This document shows, in pieces, positions 24,816 to 37,540 of a stretch of DNA of 64,000 nucleotides. The notes beneath the pieces are model-generated. The model ran no database searches and was not told where the DNA came from. It worked only from the letters and a program-made list of their open reading frames with translations. Each line of letters opens with the position of its first letter. Within the stretch, counting starts at the first letter, position 1. A program made the position numbers and the translations under genes. The stretch is taken from NCBI GenBank assembly GCA_024137785.1, contig JAHRHZ010000023.1, positions 42,799,939 to 42,863,938 on the forward strand, written 5' to 3'. The stretch is from Ginglymostoma cirratum (Eukaryota).

Positions 24816-27034
24816 AGCCTGAACGGAGAGTGAGTCAGTCCACAGGCCGCTATTTCACCAGTCCCACTGTGTGGGACTTCAAAGTAGCCCTTCAACTCTC
24901 CTGGGAGCTATGCACAACACAGGGAGACCCAATGGGGCAAAAAGGAAGGGCAGGGTATTTGCAGCAGAGAAATTGCGATAAAAACCTTGTCAAAATGTTA
25001 CTTACTTTTCCAAAAAATATCCAGAACTGGGAGTCTAATAAAAGGAACAAGCTGCCCCTATTATTTCAGACTATAATGAACTGCTTCCTTTATGAAAAAA
25101 AATTGCCAATCACGTGATCAGAATAATTGGTTATTTTTAGCTTCACACAATTGCCTCAGCTACTGTTTGAACAAGATACTATAACACAATGGAGGCCACA
25201 AGAGAATCTGTGACATTTTAATCCGATTGAGTTGGAGGAAAAATCTAAAGAAAATAAATTACATTTGTTATGTCTAATTGGATCCAGTGTTCGGTTCTGA
25301 TGATGAATAAAAGTTCTCTGTGGGAAAAGCGCGTTCCCTCCTCTCAGGCTTATACCTTGTCACCTGTGGGTTTCCAAATGGAGCAGGAGGTAACAATGGG
25401 AGCTGCATATGGCCCTGACAATAAGCCTGACTTCTTTCTAGCAGAAATGGCTGGATAACTATCAGAAGCAGGAACCTGGAACGATTTCCAGCTCCACAAT
25501 CCAGAGGTAATGGAGTCACATGTCACATACCAATGGATACCTAGCTGTTAATCTGATAACCCAACACAGTCAAACCTGAAGCACATTGTTTTGATTTTTT
25601 CCCCCTGTCCTTTAGATATTAAGGCGATCACACTTGCAAAAAGTAAATCCAATTTTTAAAAAAAATGCATTTACTTTTATTCTGTCAGTAATGGCATTAC
25701 TATTATATATAAAGCAATTGTTAAAACTCCCGGTCAGTTATTTGCTGGGAATTCCACTTGAATGGAAACAAATAATAAAAATAGGAAGCACCTGCAATTC
25801 TTTTGTTAAAAACTGGATTTACTTTCTCACCCATTGGTTCAATCGGAAATAGGTGCTTTAATTTTGTTGAAACCCTGCTGTATTTATGCAGGCCACTATT
25901 TTCAATGGTAAATCAGTTTTGGCTGCCGTTGGTGGGAAAGGGTCAAAGGTCACAGGCACAACATCCTGCTGGTAAGGGGTTAAAGCTGGTTCCAGCCCAC
26001 CTGATTTCCCAAAGAATCAAAGACTGCACTGATTATAGATTCAGCTCGTCTCAGGTTTGTCCTCCGGTTATCTGGTTTGCTGAGCTCGAGAACAATCATT
26101 TTGGTCCCACAGGGGCAATTTTAAACTCAGGATTAAAACCCAATTTCCTTCTCCCAGTGTTTACCTTTGGAGGAAGTGCATTTATGTTAACCTTTGTGTT
26201 TAGTGTGCCACCCGTAAAACAACCTCTCTCCAACTCAGAACGGATTAAAGGTTCAATTGAAACTTTCATAGGGGCGGTGAAACCTTGAAACATTCATGGA
26301 GAGCAAGACATACGTCTCCTCAAAGCATCCTGTAAACACCCTCTCCTTCTCTCCCCTCAGGCTGTCTCAATCTGTAGGCCAGAGAGTATGGGGTTGTGGG
26401 GGGATAGGGAATAAAGAACTGCTGCCTCTCAACTCTCACCCGACATCACTCCCCACGAGGAGGGTGCTTCGTTGCTAATGGCAACGGAATCATATTTTAA
26501 TCTCGTGCACATTTCAAGTTTTGTCAACCATCATAAAGATAGCCTCCCTGTTGTTGCAAGCAGTTTCCAGCATTTGGACTGTCATGCTGTGATCTTGAGG
26601 ATGAAGCAGCTGCCATTTTTTGGTTAGAAACAGAAGTGCCACTAATTCAGCAATAGGGGGCACTCTTTCAGAGGTTGACACACGAGTTAATTGTGACTCT
26701 GAAGTCAACTTACTTATTCTGGAATCCAAGTCTCATTGGAAGCACGATGTTTGAAAGGTGAAAACATTGAGTTTTCTTTTACCCTAGACACTAACTAGAT
26801 TCAAATCCGCGTTGCTGAATGCCATTAGCTTTCGAAGACTCATTGGAAAGAGCCAAGAGCAAGAACCACTGATAATTAACCCAACAACATTACTGCAAAT
26901 GTTTAAAACAATTTCAATCAGCAGCTCAATTGGAATGTTTTTCAGATTCACATTTAAGAATCCAATTAAAGGGATTTTATGGAGTAGACGAAGAAAATCA
27001 TTGGTAAAGGTATTTAGAAAAAGGGACACGATTT

Positions 27035-27246
27035 TAATGAGAATTAGGCCATTCACCATTTGATGTCAGAAAACAATTCCCTCCCAAAAAAAAACACAAA
27101 ACCTGGAATTCTCTTCCCCCAACTTGCAGGGGGTTAATTGAATATTTCAAAGCTGATATTGTTTGATTGCTGTGCACTAGAGCATTAGGGGGATATGGAA
27201 TCAGTGAGGGAAATGAAGTCAAGATACACATCAGTCATAGAGTTAT
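27035..27246 (+). mobile_element. CR1 3' fragment interrupted by the Penelope-like insertion
   Basis: aattaggccattc...gatgtcagaaaaca...cctggaattctcttcccc...aatatttcaaagctgatattg...gggatatgg. The fragment ends where the pLTR starts. Confidence 0.55.
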
Positions 27247-28091
27247 ACAGATTGTAGAGCTGGATGAACACAGCAGGCCAAGCAGCATCAGAGGAGCAGA
27301 AAGCTGACGTTTCAGGCCTAGACCCTTCTTCAGAAATGGGGGAGGGGAAGGGGGTTCTGAAACAAATAGGGAGAGAGGGGGAGGCGGATAGAAGATGGAT
27401 AGAGGAGAGGATAGGTGGAGAGGAGGCAGACAAGTCAAAGAGGCGGGGATGGAGCCAGTAAAGGTGAGTGTAGGTGGGGAGGTAGGGAGGAGATAGGTCA
27501 GTCCAGGGAGGATGGACAGGTCAAGGGGGCGGAATGAGGTTCGTAGGTAGGAGATGGAGGTGGGGCTTGAGGTGGGAGGAGGGGGTAGGTGGGAGGAAGG
27601 ACAGGTTAGAGAGGCGGGGACGAGCTGGGCTGGTTTTGGGATGCGGTTGGGGGAGGGGAGATTTTGAAGCTTGTGAAGTCCTCACAACCCCTCCCCGCAA
27701 TAACAACCAAAACAGAATCCCCCTCGTCCTCACGTACCACCCCACCAACCTCCGGATCCAACACATCATCCTCCGACACTTCCGCCATCTGCAATCAGAC
27801 ACCACCAACAAAGACATTTTTCCCTCCCCACCCTTATCTGCTTTCTGGAGGGACCACTCTCTCTGTGACTCCCTTGTCTGCTCCACACACCCCTCCAACC
27901 CCACCACACCCGGCACTTCTCCCTGCAACCACAGGACGTTCTACACCTGCCCCTACACCTCCCCCCTCACCCCCATCCCAGGACCCAAGAAGACTTTCCA
28001 CATCAAGCAGATGTTCACCTGCACATCTGCTAATGTGGTATACTGCATCTGCTGTTCCCGCTGTGGCCTCCTCTACATCGTGGAAACCAAG
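27247..28091 (+). mobile_element. Penelope-like retroelement (Neptune-type) fragment: inverted 3'/pLTR segment followed by RT-thumb/Cys-linker/GIY-YIG coding remnant
   Basis: Plus frame reads NRIPLVLTYHP...IFPSPPLSAF...PCNHRTFYTC...FTCTSANVVYCICCSRCGLLYIVETK (GIY-YIG N-terminal motif). 27247-~27680 is the element's 3' end in the opposite orientation, including the hammerhead core at 27306-27333 (minus). Ends at the N-gap. Confidence 0.88.
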
Positions 28092-28101
28092 NNNNNNNNN
28101 N
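28092..28101. other. Assembly gap (10 N)
   Basis: Run of n. The Penelope-like ORF stops abruptly and unrelated sequence follows, so the true gap length is unknown. Confidence 0.99.
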
Positions 28102-31100
28102 ATTCTCCTTTTGAAACATTTGCACACAGCTTGCAGCACAAAAAATCTCATTGCTCAGAGACATAATCAGGCCAATTTCAAGGAATCTTTTTGTATTTCA
28201 TGGTGAGGGTGGGAATAGTTTACTTCAGCTACCAAAGGTTAGCAAGTACAAATCTTAACAGGGCGAGTGGTTAGTCACAATTAAATTTAAGCAAAAATAT
28301 TGCACGATGGAAATTCTGGATTTTCAATATTGGCTTTCCAGCAATTAACATCGACAAAGACAGTCAGATTTAATTAGATCATACCCCAAAATGATTTGCA
28401 AAATTTCAGGTCGATATGTTTATCTCTAATGGTTTGTACGTAATTTCTAATATGATAGAATTTTTCATGATATGCTGATCTGAAGCAGTTAGATTTCACA
28501 AACAGCAGCCTCTATAATCCCAGTGATGTTGCCACACTTTATCTCATTTTTAGAGATTTATAACCATTTTCTGCTTTGTATCAAGATATAGATCTAACAT
28601 ATCTACTTGCAAAATATCATGACAGACAAAGTTAGAAAGAAAATCATAGCAATGAATTTCATTGTCACCTGAGACTGAAGAGTGTTTTTTCTGGAAATTT
28701 CTGATTGCTTTTATGTCATGGGGTGTTAGAGTCATAGGGTGTTAGAGAGATGTCACAGACACTTTGCTGCTGACAGACACACCCCACTAACTGCTAATAA
28801 GACACGTCAGTCTTCACTTTCAAATTACCACCTTCCAAAAAAGGATGCCCAAAGACTAAAAGCTTTTGTAGGGTCTTTTCCCTTGATGGCCATTGCTCCA
28901 TTCTCTGCTCCCAAGCCCGAGCCAAATTTAGGTTGAGACTGAAGTGTTTCACATCTCTTAGTGCTGGTGCCTACATTTCACATTAAAGTATATTTTGACG
29001 ATACAATATAACCTTTCTTCAATAATAATACTTATAAATTTCCACTAAGCTTCTACAACATCACCAAAACCACCACCTAGACAGGCAAGGACAGCCTGTA
29101 AGTCACATGTCATTGTGACTTAGCCATTTACCGCTACTTATTAACATGGGGTTAAAATCCTTGAACTATCCTCCTAACAGCACTGTGAGTGCACAATCAC
29201 CATATGGATGGCAATAGTGCAAGAAAAAAGCTCACCTTCACCTTCTCAAAGGTAAGTCAGGGTGGATTCATTAATGTTGGTCTTGTTTGAGAAATTCTTT
29301 TAAAGTAATTTTTTTTAAGTAAGTTATAATCTGTACTAATTCAGCGATCCAAGAGTAATGCAAGTTTTGGTTTAAACACAAATCTTGAATCTCAAACAAT
29401 GCTAATCAATCTCTTACATTTTGCATTTCATACAAGCTTCATGTAGAATGCACTTCAGCTGTCACTTCTCTCAATGTCAAGCAGTTTAAGATGTGCACTG
29501 ACTTGAAGTGACAGCAATGGCCAGGAGGTCTGGTCCCAGCCTAGCCTGACCCAGCACCTAAACCCAAGTGGTATCAGCACTCCTGTAGGAATTCACTTAT
29601 ACAGCAAGCCCCACAATTTGTCATTTGTGAATTTACTTATCTGCGCAAAACATCATGCACACCATTTTGCCCATTATGGGTTCAAGGTTTTCTTATCTAC
29701 AGTATTCAGAAAAAGATAGAAGCAAGCTTGGAGAAAATGTCAAAAAGTGAAAAAAGATCCAAAATGAAAATAAAACAACTAATAACATAATGGTGCCCAT
29801 AACATACCGTACTGTGCTTCCAGAAAGAGAAAGTGCGTACTGTGTGTGTGTCATCTGCCTTTTGGCTTACTGAAGTGTTTACATGTTGGTTTGCATTGTT
29901 GTTACAATCATCACATTCTGCTGGAGAGCTTTAGAATAAAAATGACTGTGGCCATTTTTATACATTTATGTTATTAAACAATTTAACCAGTAGGACGTCT
30001 TCATATGTACGTATCATAAACATTACTTTAGTCATCTTTTATCTTCTAATATATATTGTACACTTCAGTTTTTGGCTGTTTGGAATCTGTCCAACTGACT
30101 CATATTACAAAATATATCCATTGCTTGTGAATTCACAGCCCGTGAGATTTATCAAGAACATTACCTCTGCAAATGGTGAGCCTTTACTGTGCTACTTTGA
30201 GTTCATATTAGATGTATTTTAACTTCAGGTCAATCTGGATTGTCACGTTAGGAGTACACATAGACCTGTCGGGCAATTTCTAAGCTTCTTCGTAGTATAT
30301 ACTAACATTATAATGGAGCCAGGTGAAGACAAGAGTTCAATTTATGAGCACCTGAATAGGACTGCAGTTGGCAATGTAACTCCAGTCTTACATTCAGAGA
30401 CTTACAGCTCCCACTAGAATTGAACTGAAACTAATTAGATAGCTGAATTTCTGTTGCCTGAATAAATGAACCAATGAAACATCATCTTTTTGCCAAGTAT
30501 ACTCAAGTGAAATTAAGGAGTATTCCAAGTTATTAACATTTAGTTTGACATCAGCAGTATCTCCCTAACATGAAAAACCCTGGACATGGAAACATGAAGA
30601 CAAGCTGTGGTTTTTAGGTCGATCTGGTGTAAATGGTACATTAAAGGAAAAAAGAACATCCAATGTGTCTTCTATCGATTGACCCTGTGACTTATTTCTA
30701 AATGTAACGTGAGGTTGAGAGATAGGGTATTACCATGGTTTTCATTACATTTGATCTGAAATGGGTTAAAAATACACAGTGATACTGCACCCTAGTGCAG
30801 TGAGGTGAACAGATATTGCATTGATTCCTATTTAATGTGTGTTGACAGTTAAAATGTGAATCTATACCACTGGACTTAGAGGCATTGGATCTACAAACGC
30901 CCCTCCCCATTCCATTCCCTCTGATAAAAAAAACCCTCATCTACTTAAATGATCTACCATTTTCAAAGTATGCAGACAGATGGGTCACTCTCCCCTCTCC
31001 AAAGCAATGCACCAAAGAGATAAGGCAATCTGCTGACTCTGAGCTAATAAAAGGCCCAGAAAAGAAGAACCCTCAGCGTTTTTGCCTTTCCAAGTTATGG

Positions 31101-32983
31101 ATTGGCACGCATTTCAAACAGATTTATACATTATTCATAGTTTTCTCCTCTCTCTATAACTCCGGTCAAAGGATTTGAAGAGGGGGTGGGGACAGTAGTG
31201 GTGCTGTGTTGAGGCAAGGAGTGGGGGGAGGGATAGTGGAACAGAGAGGCTTAAAGAAATTGCAATGAGGGATTTGAGCGCAGGGGGCTGTGGACTGTAA
31301 TGAAGTGAAGGGGGCTGTCAGGCTGGAATCTGCCTTGTGTCTCTCTAAAAGTGAGTCTGGACCGAAGGGAGAGCCGCCAGCAGTCAGCCTGACTCAATCA
31401 TTTGAACTGATAAGATAAAAGCTCCAAGAGGACCTGCTGTGGAAGTGTATACCCTGTACAGATTGGAAAGACTTGTTTTATTCCCTCTTGACATGATTAT
31501 TGCATGTACATAAAATTATAAAATTCTACAGTTGCCAAAATGCTCTTAAATACACATCTAGACTTCATCTCATATATAGTCCCAGAGAGAAAAGCTTCCA
31601 TCTCCCATCAGTGTTACCCTATCATCCAGTTCCTTTCAATACTGTGCTGTTAGCATGGTATCGGCAAATTATTCTTTTTGGCCTGAGTTTAAGGAAAAGA
31701 GGCTATTTTTTAATTCTTCACAAGGACAGGTTCAGCAGTGGGATTAGAACAGAAGCTATGAAGTGAACACTGGATCGTGTGTTCTATGAAGCCATAGGTT
31801 TCTCGAAGTTTACAGAGTTATAATGTGTTTCCTTATTCGCTCAGAAATGTTGACTTATCCCAAAGGTGATGAATGGAGTTGGGGGGGGGGGGGGAGAACA
31901 AACTAATCATTAAAATGTTACCTCGAACACCCCCACTCTCCCGGCAAAAACAGAAAACAGGATGTCGATGTATCAGGGTGAGGTCAGTTTTACCAGGGTT
32001 GGAGGGAAATGTGGTCACATTCTGCTCGTTGGGCCCGGCTGTAGGGGAGCTCCACTTTGTCAACGACGGCAGGGCCATAACTGGGACAACAGGCCGCGTC
32101 TGTTTCGTCGCTTCACCTTCCCCTGCAGTGCGCTAACCACATGAAGCACTTTACAGCTGCAAGCTGTATTACTTAAACCCACCTCCTTCCCCCTACCACC
32201 TGAACACCCTGATACACCTGCCCTGTCTTTATTAAGGACAATAGCGAGCAAACGATTCCGTGCACTCAGAAACGGTGTGTTCCTCCAGGCTGCTAAACTC
32301 ACAAGTATGTTTCCCACATAGAAAACTCGTACACCAGCCGTTCCTCACAGCACCAAGTCACCTTCATTTGCAATCGGCGAAACAAAATTTAAAAAAAGAG
32401 TAATAGGTCACTGGCGAAGCTGCGGGAGGTTTGCAGTTTGCTCCAGAGATGGCATTTTTATGAATTATACATTTTTAAAAAAATTATAACTTTGCATTTT
32501 ACAGTATTGACAAATGCGAGAAGTGCTCAGGCGCATTCCACACCCCATCCCTACAGCCACAAGACAGTAAATAAAAGGGAGATCAGATGAAAGTGAAGCC
32601 CTTTAAATAAGTGCTCTGCTTACAGCACGAACTTCAATAATTCCGTGGAGTTTTAAATGGCTGAATACAGCGTCAATGTCAGACTTAAAACGGGTGTTAA
32701 AACGGTAAATATGGTCCCAGGATGAAAAGTCAAATTTCAAACGGACGGGCTTTATTTTGGTAAAACAAAAGTAGGAACCTTGCTTTCAAAAACAAAGTCT
32801 GTACAAAGTCGTTTGCAAGCCTGGGAAGGCGACCTGAGTTTGACATTTCAGAGACCGACGTGTATTGCTTTAATTGATATTGTGGGTAGCTGGTGTAAAA
32901 GGCAGCCCAAACCACGAGAATGCTGACAAACACATCTGTTAATATACCTCACTGTCTACAATCAAGGCTGCCACTGCTCACCT

Positions 32984-33009
32984 ACACACACACACACACA
33001 CACACACAC
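32984..33009. repeat. (CA)n microsatellite
   Basis: Pure CA run. Confidence 0.9.
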
Positions 33010-33184
33010 CCTTACCGCTGCCAAAACCTGTCCCCTTTTCACTCCAACACACACCACCATCTCCCTAAGACTGGGAGAGGGCTATTCAGATCTGGTGAAA
33101 CATAAGGTGACTGCTAAGTTTGTGTCCATATGTTCAAAACATACAGAAACCAAACCCCCATCACCCACACCTATGCTCCCCCCT

Positions 33185-33523
33185 CACACATTCGCAGACA
33201 CACACAGACTCCCAAACACACATGCAGACACACAGAGACTCCCACAAACACACAGAGACTCCCAAACACACATGAAGACACACACAGACTCCCACATACA
33301 CACACAGACTCCCAAACACACATGCAGACACACACAGACTCCCACAAACACACACATGCAGACACACAGACTCCCAAACACACATGCAGACACACACAGA
33401 CTCCCGCAGACACACATGCAGACACACACAGACTCCCACACACACATGCAGACACACAGACTCCCACACACACACATGCAGACACACAGACTCCCACACA
33501 CACACACACATCCGCACACACAC
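33185..33523. repeat. Minisatellite, ~26-30 bp unit (gacacacacagactcccaaacacacatgca)
   Basis: About 11 recurrences of cagactccc/gagactccc separated by CA-rich spacers. Confidence 0.9.
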
Positions 33524-36500
33524 TCCTTCCCGTCAGTTGCGGCGTTTATTTTATACTTTGCACACATTGGAAGAAATTCCTGTCTGGGGCCCAAGCGGAA
33601 AGTTGAATGAAAACTTCGACGTGATGAAAAAACATTGGGTGGACAGTAAGACGGGCTGCGGGCGGATTGGCGGTTGAGCATCACCCCAGAAAAAAGGCCA
33701 AGGCAGCACGAGTGAAGCCTGGCCATAATAACGGGATTGGCAGCAACTGACCAACAGCGAGAAAGAGGAGACAGGACTGAGACTGGGCTTATTTTTTTTC
33801 AAGCAGCCCATACAGATCAGAACATATAAAAATGTCTCTGTTCCATTCAGTCAGGTTGCAAATAGTGTAGAATGTGAGTCAAGGCACCAGTGTAAAACCC
33901 TACTGAAAGCACGCTCCCACTGCAATGTCTAGATGTATTTTTCTTTAACATGATCTAGATGCTGGGTCATCGTATCCAAGGTTAATCTCTTTGGCTTACA
34001 GAGTTGGGGGCCAAATGTACCCCACCTGTCTCTGCTATTAGTGATCTCTCCACATCCTTCGTTACCGTCCCAGTTTCCCCCCCGCTAGCCTTCTCCCATT
34101 ACGAATGATAATGTTACACGGTCTTCTGGTACTGTACACAGTAATGGGTCTCCATAGAAACACCGCTGTTAAAGGAGATGAATATTTAACAAGACCTGAC
34201 ATACAATTTCTCTCCCACTGGCACTTTGTCAGAGCGTGCAAAGGGTCACCAAACCCCCGGTGCTAATCCACATCCAGCTCAGTCCGGAGTCACAGCGCGC
34301 CCAAAGCCCCTCACAGGGGCAAATCCTGGCACTGTCATTGTTGCTAAACTTTGAACCAACACGAAAATCAACAGGGCAACCGTCAGCCTTGACTTTAGCG
34401 TCTTTTAGTGCGGCTCGGACCAGCCTGCGATCGATTTGGTTCAAAATCATTGCACTCCCCTCTCTAACTGTAACCTAAGGACTGACGGAGTTCAGGAAGG
34501 CAGCTCATCGCCACTTTCACCAGGATAACTAGGGAACATGCAGGACTCTGGGCTGAGGGACGCACTATAGCTTGGGGCAGCTGCCACCAAGGTACAGTGG
34601 GGAAAGACCACCGTCTGAGGCCTTCCTGCCGAAGTTAAATGGGGTCCGTTCAGTTATCGGACCATCCCAGTGCCTCATACGCATGTAAATACAATTTTGT
34701 AGAACAGATGCCTTTGGTTTGATTGGATAGAGTCAAACCCCAATGTTTGTTTCCTCAAAATGCTACTGTACAGGTCCGAATGAGGTTGGTGACTATGTAT
34801 ATGTACAAAGATATATGTTGTGAATAAACCATGCTTTTGAAATTAAAAATAAATGCTAGGGGCAGACAATATATGCTGGTCCAGCTAGTGACACCCACTT
34901 CTTATTCCGGAATTTTAAAGAAAAAGACAACATTGGACCTAAAGGCACGGTTCTTTCACAGGAACCTTTTTAAGACGGTGAGAAATCTGGGGTGGGGTTT
35001 GGCAGAGTTTTGGGTTTTGTTTTGAAGGGTGGATGAGGTCCAGCACAAGGAGCTTGTCAATGCCTGTGAATCTGCCTGCTTTCTTCCTCTATTGTGCTAG
35101 TCACCTGGCCGTCCTTGTAGATGGAAGTCCAGCGCAGGGAGCAATGGTGAATGCTTCTGGAGCTAGGGTATGACATGGACTCCCGAATCTATGCGAAAGA
35201 AAGGGATTCTTGGAATCTTTAGGACAAAACACTTCTTGGAACATACGCCCTTTTTGCAGACACAGGCGGAGATTTGTTCTGCTGTGTTTTCTGTAACAAA
35301 ACGGGGCGGACCATCCAGATGTGATAGTATTCCCAAATACAAGGAAATATAAGGGAAGGGGCAGAACAAAGTTGTCTGTCAACTCTTATCTCTCCAAGTT
35401 AATTATTCACGCAGCGCGGACAATAAGCTGGTCGGAGGACTGATTGGAAATAAAATCTCCCAAAACAAGGGCAATTTCCTTCACGTTTCTGTGCTAAAGG
35501 GGACGGTAAACCTAGCACTACCTCCGCACTCACTCTCCACAGTGTTGCTGTTATTACTGATGCCTCACTCTCATAGAGACAAAGTTCCTCCTTGTTTTTG
35601 GGGGGAGCAGGGTTGTTATGAATAAATATGCTGTTCACTCTGATGTGTTTTCCAGCTCACCCACCTCCCCCAGGGGAAGACCCTGAAATGTCACAATGCG
35701 ATGAACAGGCCTAAGGGATTGCTGCTGGGATTAAATAGTGCAGGCCATCCGCCCCATCAGCTCCATGCCGGCTCTCTGAAAAGGAGGGCGACAACAGCCA
35801 CAGCCACAAGAGTTTGCTGTGTTGCCCCACAGCCACAAGAGTTTAAGGGAAGTTATCTTTGGTGTAGTTTGCAACTGCCCAAGAGCGGTCTGTCTGGCAA
35901 AAAAGACAATCGGATTTTAAAAAAGGAATATAAACATTTTAGGTGCAGCTCTGAGTGAGCTAAATATTGGGATTTGTTGTGGGTGGTTTTTTTTTCTCTT
36001 TCTCCCTTGCCCCATGGATCTTAAACCAAGTCAGTCCCCCCCCCTCCCCCCACCCCCGAGGCCTCCCAGGACTACAATCATCCGGCTTTATCGCTCTCCC
36101 AAACTTGGGAAACCAGTCGAGGAAGGCAAATCTTTCCTTTATCCTGCTTCACTTGCGTTGCTCAATCTTTCAGAAGGAATCCAAAAAGAAAGTCTAATTG
36201 AGATCTTAATAATTTTTGGGGGTTCTGCAATTGTAATTGACATCAAAGCCTCCCTTAGATTCCTCTCTGAAAGAGCAGTCACCCACAGTCTGCCATCCCC
36301 AATTGGAAATAAGCACGGTTCACGGGCAGTGAGGCACTGAAGGGAAACAGACAGGAGGGGAGAAATTGACAAATTCTCGGGGTTTTATTCTGGATGGGTT
36401 ACAGACGGTGTACCTATTTTACAAAAACTCCAGGGCGAAATGAAACTTTTCTGTGCAAGTGTGAAGATACATTTAACCCGTTACAAGCAGGCAAAAATAA

Positions 36501-37195
36501 AACCGGCCTTTGGGAAGGGGGTGCAGAATACCGTAGCCTGGATTATTTAGGATGAACCAACACGTTAGACTTTCCCCCGCAAAAAAAAAGACGGAGTAAA
36601 CAAACGGAAGTGTTTTACAGCTTATTTTGAGGCAAGGAATTGGTGTTCAATTATAATTTGCCAAAGGGTTCAGTCTAGCGTAAATTTGAGGATGGGTCAC
36701 ACAACACATGCCAGTATTCCTGTGCCAGTCTCTCTTTAGGTTAGAGTGTGGGGGCTGTTTCTCAAAGCCATTATTACATCTACTTACTGACCGGCTGAAT
36801 AAAAGTCGAGACTGAATCTCCAGGCGAAGGAAGGAAAATAAATGTAAACATGGATTCTTTAAAAAAAAACTTAATGTCGGTGTATTGATAGTGCAACAGA
36901 AAGCACACACGTTCAGATTGTTGTGAGTCGGATATTGGAGGACAGGAGAAGCTGGCGTTCAGTTCTGAGAGACAGCCGAGACTCCTGCTTAGTGTCTGGG
37001 TTTCCAGCTCGCTTTAGAGTCTGAAACAGCCGTCATGTATTTTTTTGAGCTGGTTTAGGATTCCATTCCTATCCACGACAGGCTGCTCAGAATCGGGCCC
37101 TAGCTCTCCTCACAAAGTCTCCCAATTCCCTCCATGTGGGCCATTTGCACTTGTTCCCCCAAAGTTGGGAGGCCGAGAGACTCTCTGCCCGGGTT

Positions 37196-37199
37196 ACAC

Positions 37200-37230
<31 letters not shown>
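37196..37230. repeat. (CA)n microsatellite
   Basis: CA run with one interruption. Confidence 0.9.
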
Positions 37231-37447
37231 AGCAGTCCCGCTCCAAGGACTGTGTTTACTCTGAGGCGACTGCCGGGCTTCACCCCAAACCATCACCGAA
37301 GACCCCTTTCGGCCTCACGAACTTGCTGATTGGGATCTTCGGGGGATCGACACGGTATCCGAGATTCAAACCGCCCGCAACTCGCCAAAATATTTGTTCA
37401 ATACGGCAGAAACTTTAAAGTTTAGAGCTCAGAAGGCAATGAGACAT

Positions 37448-37540
37448 CTTTCTATCTATGTATCTATCTATCTACTATCTATCTCTCTGCTTCTATCTCT
37501 GTATGTCCATCTATCTCTCTCTCTATCAATCTCTATCTTT
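37448..37540. repeat. Degenerate (TCTA)n microsatellite
   Basis: tctatctatgtatctatctatctactatctatctct... Confidence 0.85.

Noticed and set aside
25803-26288. 161-aa plus-strand ORF in the intron
   Set aside because: Non-ATG start, no recognisable homology, antisense to TNRC18. More likely chance within a regulatory block.
33095-33811. His/Thr- and Cys/Val-rich ORFs (also at 66-573)
   Set aside because: Translations of CA/TG repeats.
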